A stretch of DNA of 64,000 nucleotides from Erysipelotrichaceae bacterium (GTDB lineage: Bacteria; Bacillota_I; Bacilli_A; Erysipelotrichales; Erysipelotrichaceae), in contig JAFWII010000007.1 in the NCBI GenBank assembly GCA_017533785.1, forward strand, positions 20,349 to 84,348. Direction: 5' to 3'. Positions 63,877 through 64,000 of the stretch are shown one piece after another; positions within the stretch are counted from its first letter, which is position 1; every line of letters starts with the position of its first letter. The translations under genes were made by a program, and so were the position numbers. The notes below the pieces were generated by a model. That model did not search any database, had not been told where the DNA came from, and saw only the letters and a list, made by a program, of their open reading frames with translations.

Positions 63877-64000
63877 TTCGCTGTTTTTATGAAGGAAAAT
63901 ACATAAAACACTTGACAAAAACAGGAAAATCGGGCGCTCCGTTTCACTCCGCGCTTTCGTTAAAAAGGTGAAAGGAGCCCAACAAACAAGGATGAGATTC

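Noticed and set aside
63732-63947. 71-aa minus-strand ORF at the window end, and short ORFs in 61869-62090
   Set aside because: They have non-ATG or weak starts, no SD, odd composition, and lie in AT-rich non-coding flanks of the islet. They are possibly decayed remnants, not callable genes.

Overview
About 55% GC chromosomal segment from a Gram-positive (Firmicutes-type) bacterium, judged from gene content: rapZ-yvcK-whiA, rpoE delta subunit, FemAB, T-box, Rnf. I cannot name the species. The window is densely coding and mostly housekeeping. It holds about 78 protein genes and 5 tRNA genes (Asn-Glu-Lys cluster, Arg-TCT, Thr-CGT). I saw no rRNA, CRISPR array, transposase, integrase or obvious phage or defence genes.

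Main blocks, in order:
- rsmF(partial)-rsuA, a GH2 glycosidase and a Nudix hydrolase
- an XRE-HTH/HD fusion gene
- feoA-feoA-feoB plus an untracked Cys-rich micro-ORF, with a divergent DtxR-family repressor and its operators
- glycerate kinase, and a membrane-fused alpha/beta hydrolase
- arcA-arcB
- rapZ-yvcK-whiA extended by a GNAT gene and an FRG-domain gene
- a sugar-type ABC transporter, gap and apbE
- rnfCDGEA, an untracked 58-aa ORF and a short rnfB, followed by NusG-II and Gx-transporter genes
- two tandem femAB genes, cspA, rpoE, ispF, murA, rpmE, tdk, prfA, prmC and ychF
- a tilS-hpt fusion, ftsH, hslO and dusB
- a T-box-controlled metQNI operon
- a terminal low-GC islet with an alpha/beta hydrolase and a TetR regulator

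I did not find a clear-cut novel multi-gene system. The best second-look candidates are:
1. The Rnf locus, which has a ferredoxin-domain-less RnfB and a translationally coupled TM/Cys-rich micro-protein.
2. The XRE-HTH fused to a SpoT-type HD hydrolase domain.
3. The FRG-domain and Eis-like GNAT genes spliced onto the rapZ-yvcK-whiA operon.
4. A recurrent -10 box placed 6-7 nt before ATG with no Shine-Dalgarno sequence, suggesting widespread leaderless mRNAs.
5. The low-GC hydrolase/TetR islet with repeated ATGTTACAT operators.

All functional calls come from motif recognition by eye. No database search was run.
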